A DNA stretch of 64,000 nt from a bacterium (GCA_029554865.1 JAKPUX010000314.1:5954-69953), one strand, 5' to 3'. Shown: positions 48,609-59,924, numbered from the stretch's first letter. Translations and numbers: made by a program. The notes: generated by a model not told the origin, from the sequence alone.

Positions 48609-49328
48609 CTATTTGTGTTCGAATTGATTTTTCATGGTAGTGACGGCGCGCTCGACCCCGACCAGCATGCTGCGGGCGAGGATGGAGCGGCCGACATTGA
48701 CCTCCTCGATGAGGGGGATGCCGGCGATGTCGCGTATATGCTGGTAGCCCAGGCCGCGGCCGGCGGCCACGCCCAGGCCGAGCTTGTTCGCCGCAGAGGC
48801 CACGGCGCGCAGCCGTTCGAGCTGTTCGGTCAGGGTGCCGAGGTCCTCCACCGAAGAGAAAGCGGTGGTGTTGAACTGCACATAATCGGCCCCCGCCCGC
48901 GCTGCGGCGCGGATCTGCGCCGGATCGGCTGCCACCAGTGCACTGACCACAATGTTATTGGCGCGCAGGGCTGCCGCGATCTCTTCGAAATAGTCGAGAT
49001 TGCCCTCAACATTCATCGAATGTTCGTCCCCCTCCCCCGGCTGCAGCACGGGTAGAAGGGTGACCATGTCCGGCAGCAGCTGCAGGGCCTTCTTAACCAT
49101 CTCTTCCTGCATGGGGATCGCCAGGTTGAGATGACTCTTGACCACCTCCTTCAGGAGCCGAAGATCACGGTCACTGATGTCTGAGCGATCCTCCCTCAGC
49201 TGCACCACAATCCCGTCGATGCCCGCCAGCTCGGCGGCCATGGCCACCTGGAGGGGATCCGGCTCTTTCTTGCGGTTGATATTGCGCAGCTGAGCAACCT
49301 GGTTGACACAAAGGCATAATCTTGGCAT
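48609..49328 (-). CDS. pdxJ: pyridoxine 5'-phosphate synthase
   Basis: PdxJ-like TIM barrel; LCVNQVAQLRN parallels E. coli LGVNIDHIATLRN. LREDRSDISDRD and AAGRGL motifs present. Start MPRL at 49328. Confidence 0.75.
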   Translation of the reverse strand: MPRLCLCVNQVAQLRNINRKKEPDPLQVAMAAELAGIDGIVVQLREDRSDISDRDLRLLKEVVKSHLNLAIPMQEEMVKKALQLLPDMVTLLPVLQPGEGDEHSMNVEGNLDYFEEIAAALRANNIVVSALVAADPAQIRAAARAGADYVQFNTTAFSSVEDLGTLTEQLERLRAVASAANKLGLGVAAGRGLGYQHIRDIAGIPLIEEVNVGRSILARSMLVGVERAVTTMKNQFEHK

Positions 49329-49417
49329 GGGAGACCTCACATTAGGTGAGCAGGAGGGCCGATGTGCGCTCCTGCGCTGAACTGGATGAACAGGCTGCGC
49401 CCTGCTGCGGCGCCCGG

Positions 49418-50599
49418 TTACAGCACTTCCGAAAGATAGACGAAGCGGATCCCCTGCTGTTCAAGCCGGGGAATCATCCGCTCCAGCACCTTGAAGGTCC
49501 GCTTGCGCATGTGGCAGATGGCAATGACCTCTCCCTGCTTACCTGCAATCGCCGCCGCCTTTTCGAACTGCCCCTCGATAAAGCTCTCCTTGTCCTCGGC
49601 ATCAAGAAAAACCTGGTTGGCCCCTGCGCGCAGCCCGAGTTCGCGCGCCACCTGCAGAGCCACGCTTTGCGATGAGGTGCGGCTGTCGACAAAGAGCTTG
49701 TCCTGATGTTTCAGCTCGGTCATCACCGCCTTCATGAGTACGCGGTCGGCCGTCACCCTGGAGCCCTGGTGATTGTTGATGCCGATGGCATGGGGGATCT
49801 GCGCCAGCGCTGCGCGCACCCGCAGCCGCGCCGTGCCCGCATCCTGACCCGCGAGCAAGGTATAACCCTCATCGGAAAATCTCTCGTTGAGCGGCTCCAT
49901 GGGCATGTGGACGAGAATCTCGCGGTTCGCCACCCTGGCGTCGCGCGCCACCACCCCGCTTGCCTTCTGCCCAGGCAGGATGGCGATCGTCAGCGGCTTG
50001 GGGTAATAGAGAAACTTGCGCACCAGCTCGTTGTTCGCATATCCGAAATCATCCACAATGATCGCCATGCGGCCGGAGAGGGCCGAGATGGACTCGCGCT
50101 GCATCAGAACGATGCGGCAGGCCCAGTCGCCGTCGACCTCCACGGTGTACTCCATGCGGTCCCTGCGGCGGTCCTCGATCGCTTTGACGATTTTGCCGTC
50201 GACCTCGTCAAGCTGCTCCATGAGCTCGAACTGCAGCCGGTGAATATTGAGATTGTGCGGGATCGAGACCGTATAGGCCTCACCGCTCTTGCGCACGGTC
50301 GGGGCAGTGAGACGGAAAGAGGAGAGGGCCTTGCGCAGGGCCTCCCCCACTTGCTCCACCTCTTTCTGCGAGGCCCGGTCGCGCGGATCGGCCGGGGCCT
50401 CGACCGGCGGACTCTCTTTTCGCGCCGCCTCGGGCGCCGACGCCCCTTTCCTGGCCTCCGGCTCGCGCTGCCCCTGCTCGGGGATGACCTCCACCCCGCT
50501 GGAAGGGACCTTCAGCAGAATATAGCCATGAATGGCCAGCATCAGCACGGCCAGCGTCCCCAGTGCCCACTGCAACCGTTTGAGTTGTTCTTTTTTCAT
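49418..50599 (-). CDS. divergent polysaccharide deacetylase family protein (YibQ-like)
   Basis: N-terminal TM, then the YibQ/DUF610 core (MAIIVDDFGYANNELVRKFLYYPKPLTIAILPG...NHQGSR). Confidence 0.65.
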   Translation of the reverse strand: MKKEQLKRLQWALGTLAVLMLAIHGYILLKVPSSGVEVIPEQGQREPEARKGASAPEAARKESPPVEAPADPRDRASQKEVEQVGEALRKALSSFRLTAPTVRKSGEAYTVSIPHNLNIHRLQFELMEQLDEVDGKIVKAIEDRRRDRMEYTVEVDGDWACRIVLMQRESISALSGRMAIIVDDFGYANNELVRKFLYYPKPLTIAILPGQKASGVVARDARVANREILVHMPMEPLNERFSDEGYTLLAGQDAGTARLRVRAALAQIPHAIGINNHQGSRVTADRVLMKAVMTELKHQDKLFVDSRTSSQSVALQVARELGLRAGANQVFLDAEDKESFIEGQFEKAAAIAGKQGEVIAICHMRKRTFKVLERMIPRLEQQGIRFVYLSEVL

Positions 50600-50650
50600 G
50601 CTATCGGCGGCTTCCCCGATTGGTCACTCTCCACAGCTCCGGTTTCTCAC

Positions 50651-51256
50651 TCATTTGCCAAAATAGGCGCGCAGGGCGCTCCAGGTCGGATTAGTGCCGG
50701 TGGCATAGTCGGCCCAGCCGCGGATATACCAGAGCTCCTCGCTGGAACGCAGCAGCCGGAATTCCGCCTGACCCCGCATCTGCCGCGGTGCCTCCTGCTG
50801 CCGGCGGTGCGCCACCGTCAGCACATACTCCTGAACCAGTATCACCGAGTCCTGAAAGGTATTTTCCCGGATCAGGGTCAAACTGAGCGAACTGACCGAG
50901 TCCGAGGGCAGAAAGGCGAAGAGCTGATTGAGAAAATTGCGCTCGCTCTCCTTGTCCCAGCGCAGAAAGAGCCCGGGATTGGCTGCGCCGACCGCCGACT
51001 CGGGCTGGTAGGAGAAGGAGGCCGGCGCCAGGCTGGTATCCGCCAGACAGCGCAGGTAGTTGCTGCTGTTGCGTTCGGCCATGGCCGTGCGCAGATTGAC
51101 CATCACCAGGGCCGGAGAGGTCGGCTGCACCCAGGTCGACTGCTTGGTGACGGGATTTTCCGGCTCGCGCGTGCTGAATGGGGTCTTGCAGCCCACCGCC
51201 AGCACCACCGCCAGCAGCAGCCAGCCCCCCGCCCTCTTTGTCCACGCTACGCCCAC
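50651..51256 (-). CDS. hypothetical lipoprotein
   Basis: The ORF extends upstream into the preceding gene. The first non-overlapping start is GTG at 51256, giving MGVAWTKRAGGWLLLAVVLAVGC (lipobox). Start uncertain. Confidence 0.4.
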   Translation of the reverse strand: MGVAWTKRAGGWLLLAVVLAVGCKTPFSTREPENPVTKQSTWVQPTSPALVMVNLRTAMAERNSSNYLRCLADTSLAPASFSYQPESAVGAANPGLFLRWDKESERNFLNQLFAFLPSDSVSSLSLTLIRENTFQDSVILVQEYVLTVAHRRQQEAPRQMRGQAEFRLLRSSEELWYIRGWADYATGTNPTWSALRAYFGK

Positions 51257-51264
51257 AGAAACGG

Positions 51265-52614
51265 TTACTCCAGGGAACGATGATAATACTTGAGCGAATT
51301 GGGTTTGACCGGGCACTCTTCGGCAATCTTGAGTGAACCCAGCCTGCCCTGATAGCGCAGCTCGAAAAGTCGCGGCACCAGCTTGTCGCGCAGCTCGCTC
51401 AGCGACATCGGATTGACATAGATCTTGGTCCCCCCCTCGAAACCGGCGGGAATGTTGACGCGCCACTTGATCAGGATGTGCCACGGGATGGGCACGATGC
51501 TGTCGTTGGGCATGTAGTACCACTCCTCGTTGCCGGAGATCTGGGAACCGGTGGCGGCGTGCACGGCATGAACCAGATCACTGACGCCGCGGAGCTCTTC
51601 GGGGGTGTGCTCCCGCGGCCGGCAGTTGACGCTCTTGGAATAGATGGCGATGGTCGGATAACGATGACCGAGATCGACAAAGGCCATCGCATAATCGTTT
51701 TCACAGATGACGTTGTTGTTGAGGGCGGCGAAATTTGCGGCATACTCGTTGTACATGTTGCGGTTGGTCGCCATCAGCTTGAGCTCGCGCTCCAGGGAAA
51801 CCCCCCACTCGTCAAGTCCGACAATCTGGGTGTGCAGATGGTCGAAAGAGGCCCCTGCCTCCTTGCGCCAGTTCTGATAGACCGCGACATAGCGGCAGTA
51901 GCGGTTGTCGGCATAAACCTCGTTCATCGCCTCGATTGTGAACCGGAAATAGTGATAATGCTCCTCAGCCGAGAGCTCGCCGGAGGAGGCGAGCTGCGAG
52001 TCGTACTCGGCCCCGTCGATGTAGTGGCGCCGCGGCACAATCAGCTCATGGCCGCCGCCGAAAAAGGCGTCGGCCATCTCCAGCTTCTGATCCATGGGTA
52101 TCGCCTTGATCTCCTTCTCCTCGAGGCCGGAGTATCTCAGCTTCAGATCGATGATATCGAGAACGTGCTGCCGCCCTTCAGGCACGGCAAGATAACTCTC
52201 CTTCCAGGCGCGATTCTTTTCGGAGAGGTGGTATTGGAAATTCTTCTTCCAGTAATTGATCGAGACGATTTCGAAGAGGTTGGGGATGCGGCGGAATTCG
52301 GCGACCTCCTTGACCACATCCACCGGGCTCAACTGATGCTGCGTCACCCATTGACCGTCCCGGACCACGACTCGCGACTTTTCCGGGGGAGTAATCAGAT
52401 AGCGCGAGGGGCAGAAATTGCAGACATCCTGCATATTGACGTCGACAAGTTTTTGCGCGCTCTCCGGGATGCCGGTGAAGATCGGCCGGTTCTTTCGCCC
52501 CGGAATATGCCACACCTCCGTGCCGGTGAAGGGATTGTACTGCTTCTCCGTTCCGTCCGGCATCGTGCGGATCATCGCACCGTTGTGGTTGTTCATCTCG
52601 ACCTCAGTTGACAA
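51265..52614 (-). CDS. GalT-like HIT-superfamily nucleotidyltransferase (DUF4921-like)
   Basis: Zn-knuckle CNFCP and the histidine motif FDHLHTQIV (GalT HxHxQ-type). 449 aa. Confidence 0.6.
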   Translation of the reverse strand: MSTEVEMNNHNGAMIRTMPDGTEKQYNPFTGTEVWHIPGRKNRPIFTGIPESAQKLVDVNMQDVCNFCPSRYLITPPEKSRVVVRDGQWVTQHQLSPVDVVKEVAEFRRIPNLFEIVSINYWKKNFQYHLSEKNRAWKESYLAVPEGRQHVLDIIDLKLRYSGLEEKEIKAIPMDQKLEMADAFFGGGHELIVPRRHYIDGAEYDSQLASSGELSAEEHYHYFRFTIEAMNEVYADNRYCRYVAVYQNWRKEAGASFDHLHTQIVGLDEWGVSLERELKLMATNRNMYNEYAANFAALNNNVICENDYAMAFVDLGHRYPTIAIYSKSVNCRPREHTPEELRGVSDLVHAVHAATGSQISGNEEWYYMPNDSIVPIPWHILIKWRVNIPAGFEGGTKIYVNPMSLSELRDKLVPRLFELRYQGRLGSLKIAEECPVKPNSLKYYHRSLE

Positions 52615-54268
52615 ATTGCTCGACGAAATACCTGGCCGTCAGCGGCTCGCCAGTGGCGCGTTTGATCATCTCGTTCCACGACCAGGAGGCCCCGGCTCCG
52701 AAGACCCTTTCACGCAGCCAGGCGCCGGCCTCCGTTGCACCGACGTAACCCGCCTGCCCCCCCTCCCTGAGTACCGACCTCGTCAGGCAGGCGTGAAGCT
52801 GTGAAGCCAGCATCTCTCCGAGGAGGTAATTGTGATAGTAGCAGGGGACGATCGTGAAATGGATCTTCGCCGCCCAGTCGGGTTCATCCCTGCCGGCCGG
52901 CTTTTTAATGCCCTGGTATTTCTCGACCAGGGTCCACCAGAGCGCGTTCAGATCCTGCTCGGGATCGGCATAGAGCTCTTTTTCAAAGTTATACATCACC
53001 ATCGCCCAGCGCGAAAAAATCAGCTGCTTGAGCCGGGCGTACCGAGCACTGACCTGGAGCAGCTCCTGGCGCTGCTCCGGCGTCAGGCCGAGCATCTCCT
53101 CCATCCACCAGGGGTTGCGGCTCAGGCGCCCGAAAAAGTTGGCGATCGCCTCGGTGGTGAAGGCATGCGCCTCCTGGCGCAGTAAATAGGGCAGCGCAGG
53201 ATTCGTGTAATAGCTGTAGACGGCATGCCCCCCCTCGTGCAGGATGGTCTCCATCCAGCGCTCACTGTCGGTGAGATTGCAGAGGATGCGAACATCGCCG
53301 CGGCGGTCGATATCGGTACAGAAGGCATGCGGATTTTTACCCTCGCGCTCGTAGAGATCGCTTTTGGCCAGGATTGAATCGATCGGCAGGCCGATGCCCC
53401 GGTAGAAATCGGCCGCCAACAGCCGGATATCCCGGCCGGCATAGTACTGGTCGAGATTAACCGACTCCAGCATCGGCGACTCCTGGAAAAAGGGGTCCTG
53501 ATAATGCCAGGGCTGCAGCTCTTCGATACGGGTGTGGAAACGCCGGGCGAGCTCTTCATCAAGCTCGTGCTTGAGGGCGAAAAAGGGGCCGTTGGTGAGA
53601 TCGTAGAGCTCCTCAAAGATCTTGTTCAGCTCCTTCTCATCCTGCTCGGTCACGGCCAGGGAAAGGGCGTGATAGTTGCGGAAGCCCAGCTTCTGTGCGG
53701 CCTTGTTGCGCAGACGCACCAGGCGGAGCAGCTCCTGGGCTACCTCGGTCCCGACCTGCTTGCTCGCCAGCCAGGCCTCACGCCGCAGGCCTGTCTTTTT
53801 TTCCGACTTCAGTATCTCTTCGATCTGGTTGCCGCTCAGCCGCCGCTTGCCCGCGGTGCCCCGGAAGATGCTGAACTTTTTTTCGACCTCGGCGCCCAGG
53901 GTGGTGATCTCCCGCAGCAGTTCCGGCTCGATCTGGTTGGGCAGATAGGCCAGATAGAGGAGCTCGATCTCGCGGGCTACCACCGCATCGCCCAGTCCGC
54001 CCTGCTCCTTCATCTTTTTTAAAAAAGCATACTCTTCAGCATTGCTGTAGATCTGCCGCTTCTGCAGTTCGAGCTCGGCGTAGCGGTCATAGGCCGCGGC
54101 CTTGCCGGTCGTGGCGGCCTCCCAGTAGGCGAGGTTGGCCTCTCTGGAGATGGGCTCGATCCTGGCGACATGTTCATCGATGAAGCGGCTCGAGGCCCGC
54201 GAATTGAGACCGTTGCAGCCCAGCATCAGGGCCAAGCCGAGCAGGATGAATAAATATTCTCTCACCAT
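52604..54268 (-). CDS. gluzincin metallopeptidase lipoprotein (HEGGH; M2/M3/M32-like)
   Basis: Lipobox MLGCNG. HExxH as HEGGHAVYSY with Glu 23 residues downstream. 554 aa, mostly helical. Subfamily not resolvable by eye. Confidence 0.6.
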   Translation of the reverse strand: MVREYLFILLGLALMLGCNGLNSRASSRFIDEHVARIEPISREANLAYWEAATTGKAAAYDRYAELELQKRQIYSNAEEYAFLKKMKEQGGLGDAVVAREIELLYLAYLPNQIEPELLREITTLGAEVEKKFSIFRGTAGKRRLSGNQIEEILKSEKKTGLRREAWLASKQVGTEVAQELLRLVRLRNKAAQKLGFRNYHALSLAVTEQDEKELNKIFEELYDLTNGPFFALKHELDEELARRFHTRIEELQPWHYQDPFFQESPMLESVNLDQYYAGRDIRLLAADFYRGIGLPIDSILAKSDLYEREGKNPHAFCTDIDRRGDVRILCNLTDSERWMETILHEGGHAVYSYYTNPALPYLLRQEAHAFTTEAIANFFGRLSRNPWWMEEMLGLTPEQRQELLQVSARYARLKQLIFSRWAMVMYNFEKELYADPEQDLNALWWTLVEKYQGIKKPAGRDEPDWAAKIHFTIVPCYYHNYLLGEMLASQLHACLTRSVLREGGQAGYVGATEAGAWLRERVFGAGASWSWNEMIKRATGEPLTARYFVEQFVN

Positions 54269-54461
54269 CGAACTCCATGTTTATCTATAGAGTTAACAAC
54301 CATCAATATGCTGCGGTCAATTTTAATAATAGCAAAATTATCGCCGATTTCCAAGGCAATTTTCACCTCTTCTCCTGCGCCGGGTAAGGCCGGGCCTCCC
54401 TGGCGGTGGCAGATAGGGTCGGCTGCACGCAAAGGCGCATGGCCGCCGCTGCGCTTTTTGC

Positions 54462-54490
54462 TTGCAAATGAGGTTCATTTTTTTTATTCT
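54462..54490 (+). promoter_or_regulatory. sigma70-like promoter TTGCAA-N17-TATTCT
   Basis: Located 45 nt upstream of the serine-hydrolase gene start. Confidence 0.4.
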
Positions 54491-54533
54491 ACGCTGAAGA
54501 GAGCTCAATTGGCGCACATATGCGGGAGGCTTT

Positions 54534-55724
54534 ATGAAGGATATTCGCTGGGCGGGTCTGCTGCTGCTTCTGGTCTGGGCCGGCGCGGCCGCAGGTCAGA
54601 CGGCACCGGCGCGCAAGGGTGGGGTGAACATGACCCGGCTGGCCCTGATCGACAAGGCGGTCGGACAGGCCATGGACCGGGGCTATATTCCGGGGGCGGT
54701 GGTTCTGGTCAACCACGGGGGCGACAAGGTGTGGCACAAGGCCTACGGCTTTGCCCAGCTGGTGCCCGAAAAGGTGGCGATGGAGCAGGAGATGATGTTC
54801 GACCTCGCTTCGGTGACCAAGCCGGTCGCCACCGCCACCTCGATCATGATCCTCGCCGAACGCGGCCTGCTCCGCCTCACCGACCAGGTCTCCGATTACG
54901 TGCCCGGCTTTTCACGCTATGTGCGGGGAGACACCACCCTCGCCGATGAGGCGCTTATCTGGCATCTGCTCACCCACACCTCGGGTCTGCCCGCCTACAT
55001 CAATGCCGCTGAAGCCGCCCGGGTCTTTGGCTCCTCGACCAAGACGGAAACGATGGTCGACTATATCTCGAAATTGCCCAAACTGAGCGGTCCGGGAGAG
55101 CGCTACCTTTACAGCTGTCTGGGTTTCATCACCCTCAACCAGATCATCATCCGTGTAACCGGTCAGAACGTCAGTGAATTTGCCCAGGAGAACATCTTCA
55201 GACCCCTGGAGATGCGCTATACCACCTTCAATCCCGACGAAACCCTCAAGCTCATCTGTGTGCCGACGGAGCTCCAGGAGGACGGCCTGCCCCTGCGCGG
55301 GATCGTGCACGATCCTCTCGCACGCCTGCAGGGGGGAATCTCTGGCAATGCCGGACTCTTTGCCACCGCCAGCGACCTGGCGCGCTACTGCCAGATGATG
55401 CTCAACGGTGGCATCCTCGGCGAGACCCGCATCCTCAGCCCGGTCACGGTCTCGCGCATGACCCAGATCATCGATACACCTGCCAAGGCCGCACGCGGCT
55501 ACGGTTGGGTCATCAAACTGGGGCAGAGTTGGGTCGGCGGCGACCTGCTCCCCGACGGCGGCTACGGCCACACCGGTTATACCGGGACCTCGATCTGGAT
55601 CGATCCCAGGACCCAAACCTTTATCATCATCCTCACCAACCGGGTCCACCCCAAGGATGACGGTGAGGTCGACAGCCTGCGCAGCACCATCGCCAACATC
55701 GTCGCCAGCGCAATCCTCGAGTAG
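54534..55724 (+). CDS. serine hydrolase, beta-lactamase/PBP4 (class C-like) family
   Basis: Signal peptide; SxxK active site (ASVTKPV); YxN-like motif (YSC); GHTG at C-terminus (YGHTGYTG). Confidence 0.75.
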   Translation: MKDIRWAGLLLLLVWAGAAAGQTAPARKGGVNMTRLALIDKAVGQAMDRGYIPGAVVLVNHGGDKVWHKAYGFAQLVPEKVAMEQEMMFDLASVTKPVATATSIMILAERGLLRLTDQVSDYVPGFSRYVRGDTTLADEALIWHLLTHTSGLPAYINAAEAARVFGSSTKTETMVDYISKLPKLSGPGERYLYSCLGFITLNQIIIRVTGQNVSEFAQENIFRPLEMRYTTFNPDETLKLICVPTELQEDGLPLRGIVHDPLARLQGGISGNAGLFATASDLARYCQMMLNGGILGETRILSPVTVSRMTQIIDTPAKAARGYGWVIKLGQSWVGGDLLPDGGYGHTGYTGTSIWIDPRTQTFIIILTNRVHPKDDGEVDSLRSTIANIVASAILE

Positions 55725-55779
55725 TCGCAGGCCGGCGAGGGTCCCACAACGCTGCTGCCAGGCGCTGCCGGCAGGGATC

Positions 55780-57426
<1,647 letters not shown>

Positions 57427-57593
57427 ATTCGCCTCCCTCAAAGGTTCTGTGCATGCCGGATTCAGGGCCTGTACCGGTAAAACATACAAATTTCAGACCC
57501 TCTCTACAAGAAAAAAGAGGAAAAAGGAGCTGACCAGGAACATCCGGTCGTGTTTTTCGTAATAACAAACAGAACGAACCGGGAGGTTTCCAC

Positions 57594-57797
57594 ATGATAA
57601 AATTGTTGCTCTGGCTGCTTGTTTTATTCTGCTGCTGGCCGCTCGCCCTGCTGGCGCTGATCCTCTATCCCCTCGTCTGGCTGCTCCTGCTGCCTTTCCG
57701 CATCCTCGGCATCGCCGTGGAGGGGCTGCTCGATTTTCTGCGCGCCCTCTTTGGACTGCCTGCCCGCATTCTGCGCGGTCCCCAACCGGCGCGCTGA
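57594..57797 (+). CDS. hypothetical small hydrophobic protein (67 aa)
   Basis: GGGAGG RBS 9 nt upstream. Two predicted TM helices (LLLWLLVLFCCWPLALLALILYPLVWLLLL). Confidence 0.35.
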   Translation: MIKLLLWLLVLFCCWPLALLALILYPLVWLLLLPFRILGIAVEGLLDFLRALFGLPARILRGPQPAR

Positions 57798-57843
57798 TTT
57801 TTCGCCGGCGGCTGCACTTTTTCCTTTCTTTTTTGAAAAATAG

Positions 57844-58128
57844 TTGTATATTATTATCGTCCTGAAACGGTTCATTTTTATGAGTCGAGTTCGCAGAATG
57901 CAAGACAATTTCATGAAGATCCAGATCCACAAGATCCAGGTCGACAAATGGTGTGAAGGCTGCCGCCTGCAGGCCGACCCCGGCCCGACCTACGTCCTTG
58001 ACTGGATCCAGAACAATGGCCCCTGGTTCCGCGAATCCTACGAGGTCTCGATCTGTAAAGAGTGCAAACACTGGGCCAGGTGCGGCCACAACCTGCAGCG
58101 CACCTGCCCCGGCTTTGAACCAGAATGA
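57844..58128 (+). CDS. hypothetical small Cys-rich protein (CxxC...CxxC...C-x7-C)
   Basis: Lower-GC ORF. Start is ambiguous (57844, 57880 or 57895). Cys pattern CEGC...CKEC...CGHNLQRTC suggests a zinc ribbon. No RBS. Confidence 0.3.
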   Translation: MYIIIVLKRFIFMSRVRRMQDNFMKIQIHKIQVDKWCEGCRLQADPGPTYVLDWIQNNGPWFRESYEVSICKECKHWARCGHNLQRTCPGFEPE

Positions 58129-58284
58129 CCTCCACGCTTCACCCACCCGGACTTTCTCCCGCTCCCATTTCCCTCTCTTTACCCCCTCCACCTCAGGAAT
58201 AATTTGTATATACGAAACGTTCTCTCTTGTGCAACGCCAAGGAACAGCACACCTACACATTGAACTCAAGGGAGAAATTATCCA

Positions 58285-58872
58285 ATGAAGAAAGAAATAT
58301 TCGTTTTAATGATCGGACTCCTCGCCTTTGGAGCCCACGCCACCCAGGAATATACCATCGATGCCGCTCACAGTGAGGTCGGATTTTCCGTAAAGCATAT
58401 GGTCGTCGCCACCGTACGCGGCAATTTCACCGAGTTCTCCGGCAAGGTTTTTTATGATGAGAACGAGATCGGCAACTCCTCTGTCGAAGGAGTGATCAAG
58501 ACCGCCAGCATCAACACCGGCAACAGCAAGCGCGATGATCATCTGCGCAACTCCGATTTCTTCGATGCCGCCAACCACCCCGAAATCCTCTTCAAGACTA
58601 AAAGAGTGGAGAAGAAAGGCGATGGCTTTGTGGCCTATGGCGACCTGACCATGCGCGGCGTCACCAAAGAGATCGCCCTCGATTTCGAGATCACCGGCAA
58701 AATCACCGATCCCTGGGGCAACGAGCGCGTCGGCCTCGAAGCCCGCGGCGTCATCAATCGCCAGGATTTCGGCGTCTCCTGGAACAACAACCTCGATAAC
58801 GGCGGCGTGGTCGTCAGCAATGAGGTCAAGCTCCTCATTCAGGCCGAGCTGATCAAGAAAAAGGCCTCCTGA
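58285..58872 (+). CDS. YceI-family periplasmic protein
   Basis: Signal peptide, then a YceI pattern (YTIDAAHSEVGFSVKHMVVATVRGNF...GDLTMRGVTKEIALDFE). AAGGGAGA RBS. Confidence 0.8.
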   Translation: MKKEIFVLMIGLLAFGAHATQEYTIDAAHSEVGFSVKHMVVATVRGNFTEFSGKVFYDENEIGNSSVEGVIKTASINTGNSKRDDHLRNSDFFDAANHPEILFKTKRVEKKGDGFVAYGDLTMRGVTKEIALDFEITGKITDPWGNERVGLEARGVINRQDFGVSWNNNLDNGGVVVSNEVKLLIQAELIKKKAS

Positions 58873-59022
58873 GGCCCTGCTACTGCGGAATTCCCGCGCC
58901 GGCCGGGCGGCCGGTGCGGGAAAAAGCCGCCCCGCTGCTGCCGATTTCCCGGAACATTCCCCCACCCCCTGCGTATTCAATGGTAATCAGGCCAAAAATG
59001 CTCATGGCAAAATGTTAAAAAA

Positions 59023-59050
59023 GGCAACGAATTCGTTGCCTTTCTGCTGT
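59023..59050 (+). terminator. intrinsic terminator-like perfect palindrome
   Basis: GGCAACGAATTCGTTGCC (18-nt perfect palindrome) followed by TTTCTGCTGT, downstream of the YceI gene. It overlaps the -35 of the next promoter. Confidence 0.5.
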
Positions 59051-59064
59051 AAATTCCTTATAAT
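59036..59064 (+). promoter_or_regulatory. strong sigma70-like promoter TTGCCT-N17-TATAAT
   Basis: Consensus -10 with optimal 17-nt spacer, ~48 nt upstream of the 59112 start codon. It argues against the longer 59064 ORF start. Confidence 0.55.
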
Positions 59065-59111
59065 TGTTACTACATATCGAATCCTATCCCAACCCGGGGA
59101 ACAGACAGACC

Positions 59112-59909
59112 ATGGCGGACTTGAAAAAAATCGGCAAAAAGGCCATCTCGGTATTCTGGCGTGATAAGGAACCACCGCCGGAGGAGCTGGGGCCGAACCT
59201 GGGGCCGGATCTCGGACCCACCCTCAGATCCGATCCGGGACCCAACCTCGGGCCGACAACGCCCTACACCACACCAGCCACGACCGCGCCCATCACTCAG
59301 GCCAGCCCGGCTCCTGGGGATAACCCCTTTTACAAGGCCCTCGAGCAGGAACTGCTGAAACAGATGCCCGTCGCTTTCGCCGAGTTCAACAGCCAGGCGG
59401 CGGCCATCGGCGAAAAATTCCCTGCCCTCGACCAGACCACCCGCGACCAGCTTGCCTTCCACGCCGCCCAGACCGCCCTCAAGGCGCGCCAGCAGGATCT
59501 GAACGTCAACCATGTGCTGCAGGCCCTCGACACGGTGATCAAGTCCCTCTCCCGCGAAGAGTCGGAATTCAACACCCAGAACGAGGAGGGCTTTAGACAG
59601 AAACTGGCCGGCGTACGCCAGAAGATCGGCGAACTGAAGCAGGGCATCTCCGCCCGCGAAAACCGTCTGGTCGAGATCCAAAATGAACTCGACGCCTTCA
59701 TTGCCGCCCGCAATGAAGAAAAGAAGAGGCTGGAACATGAAAAATCCCAGCTCCTCTCCGATCAACTCGTAACAGAAAACGAAATCAATCAAATCGAGCA
59801 GAAGAAACGCGAACGAGAAGCCGATTTTCGCAGTGCCCTGCTGGCCCATCAGCAGAATTTCACCGCCCTGCGCGAACGGCTGGCGTCCAATCTGCAAAAA
59901 CTGAAATAG
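59112..59909 (+). CDS. hypothetical coiled-coil protein with Pro/Gly repeat linker
   Basis: MADLKKIGKK..., then the repeat GPNLGPDLGPTLRSDPGPNLGP, a Thr/Pro-rich linker, and about 180 aa of heptad-rich coiled coil. No TM segment or signal peptide. Confidence 0.5.
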   Translation: MADLKKIGKKAISVFWRDKEPPPEELGPNLGPDLGPTLRSDPGPNLGPTTPYTTPATTAPITQASPAPGDNPFYKALEQELLKQMPVAFAEFNSQAAAIGEKFPALDQTTRDQLAFHAAQTALKARQQDLNVNHVLQALDTVIKSLSREESEFNTQNEEGFRQKLAGVRQKIGELKQGISARENRLVEIQNELDAFIAARNEEKKRLEHEKSQLLSDQLVTENEINQIEQKKREREADFRSALLAHQQNFTALRERLASNLQKLK

Positions 59910-59924
59910 CAAGCGGAGGATTCC

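Noticed and set aside
54440-54466. Plus-strand hairpin GCGCA-N10-TGCGC + T5 upstream of the serine-hydrolase promoter
   Set aside because: No plus-strand gene upstream to terminate. The stem is short, and it overlaps the -35 of the downstream promoter, so more likely incidental.
57493-58269. 258-aa minus-strand ORF spanning the small-protein island
   Set aside because: Overlaps two plus-strand ORFs and intergenic promoter-like sequence. Composition is low complexity (RRRK/AAG runs) with no RBS, so likely spurious.
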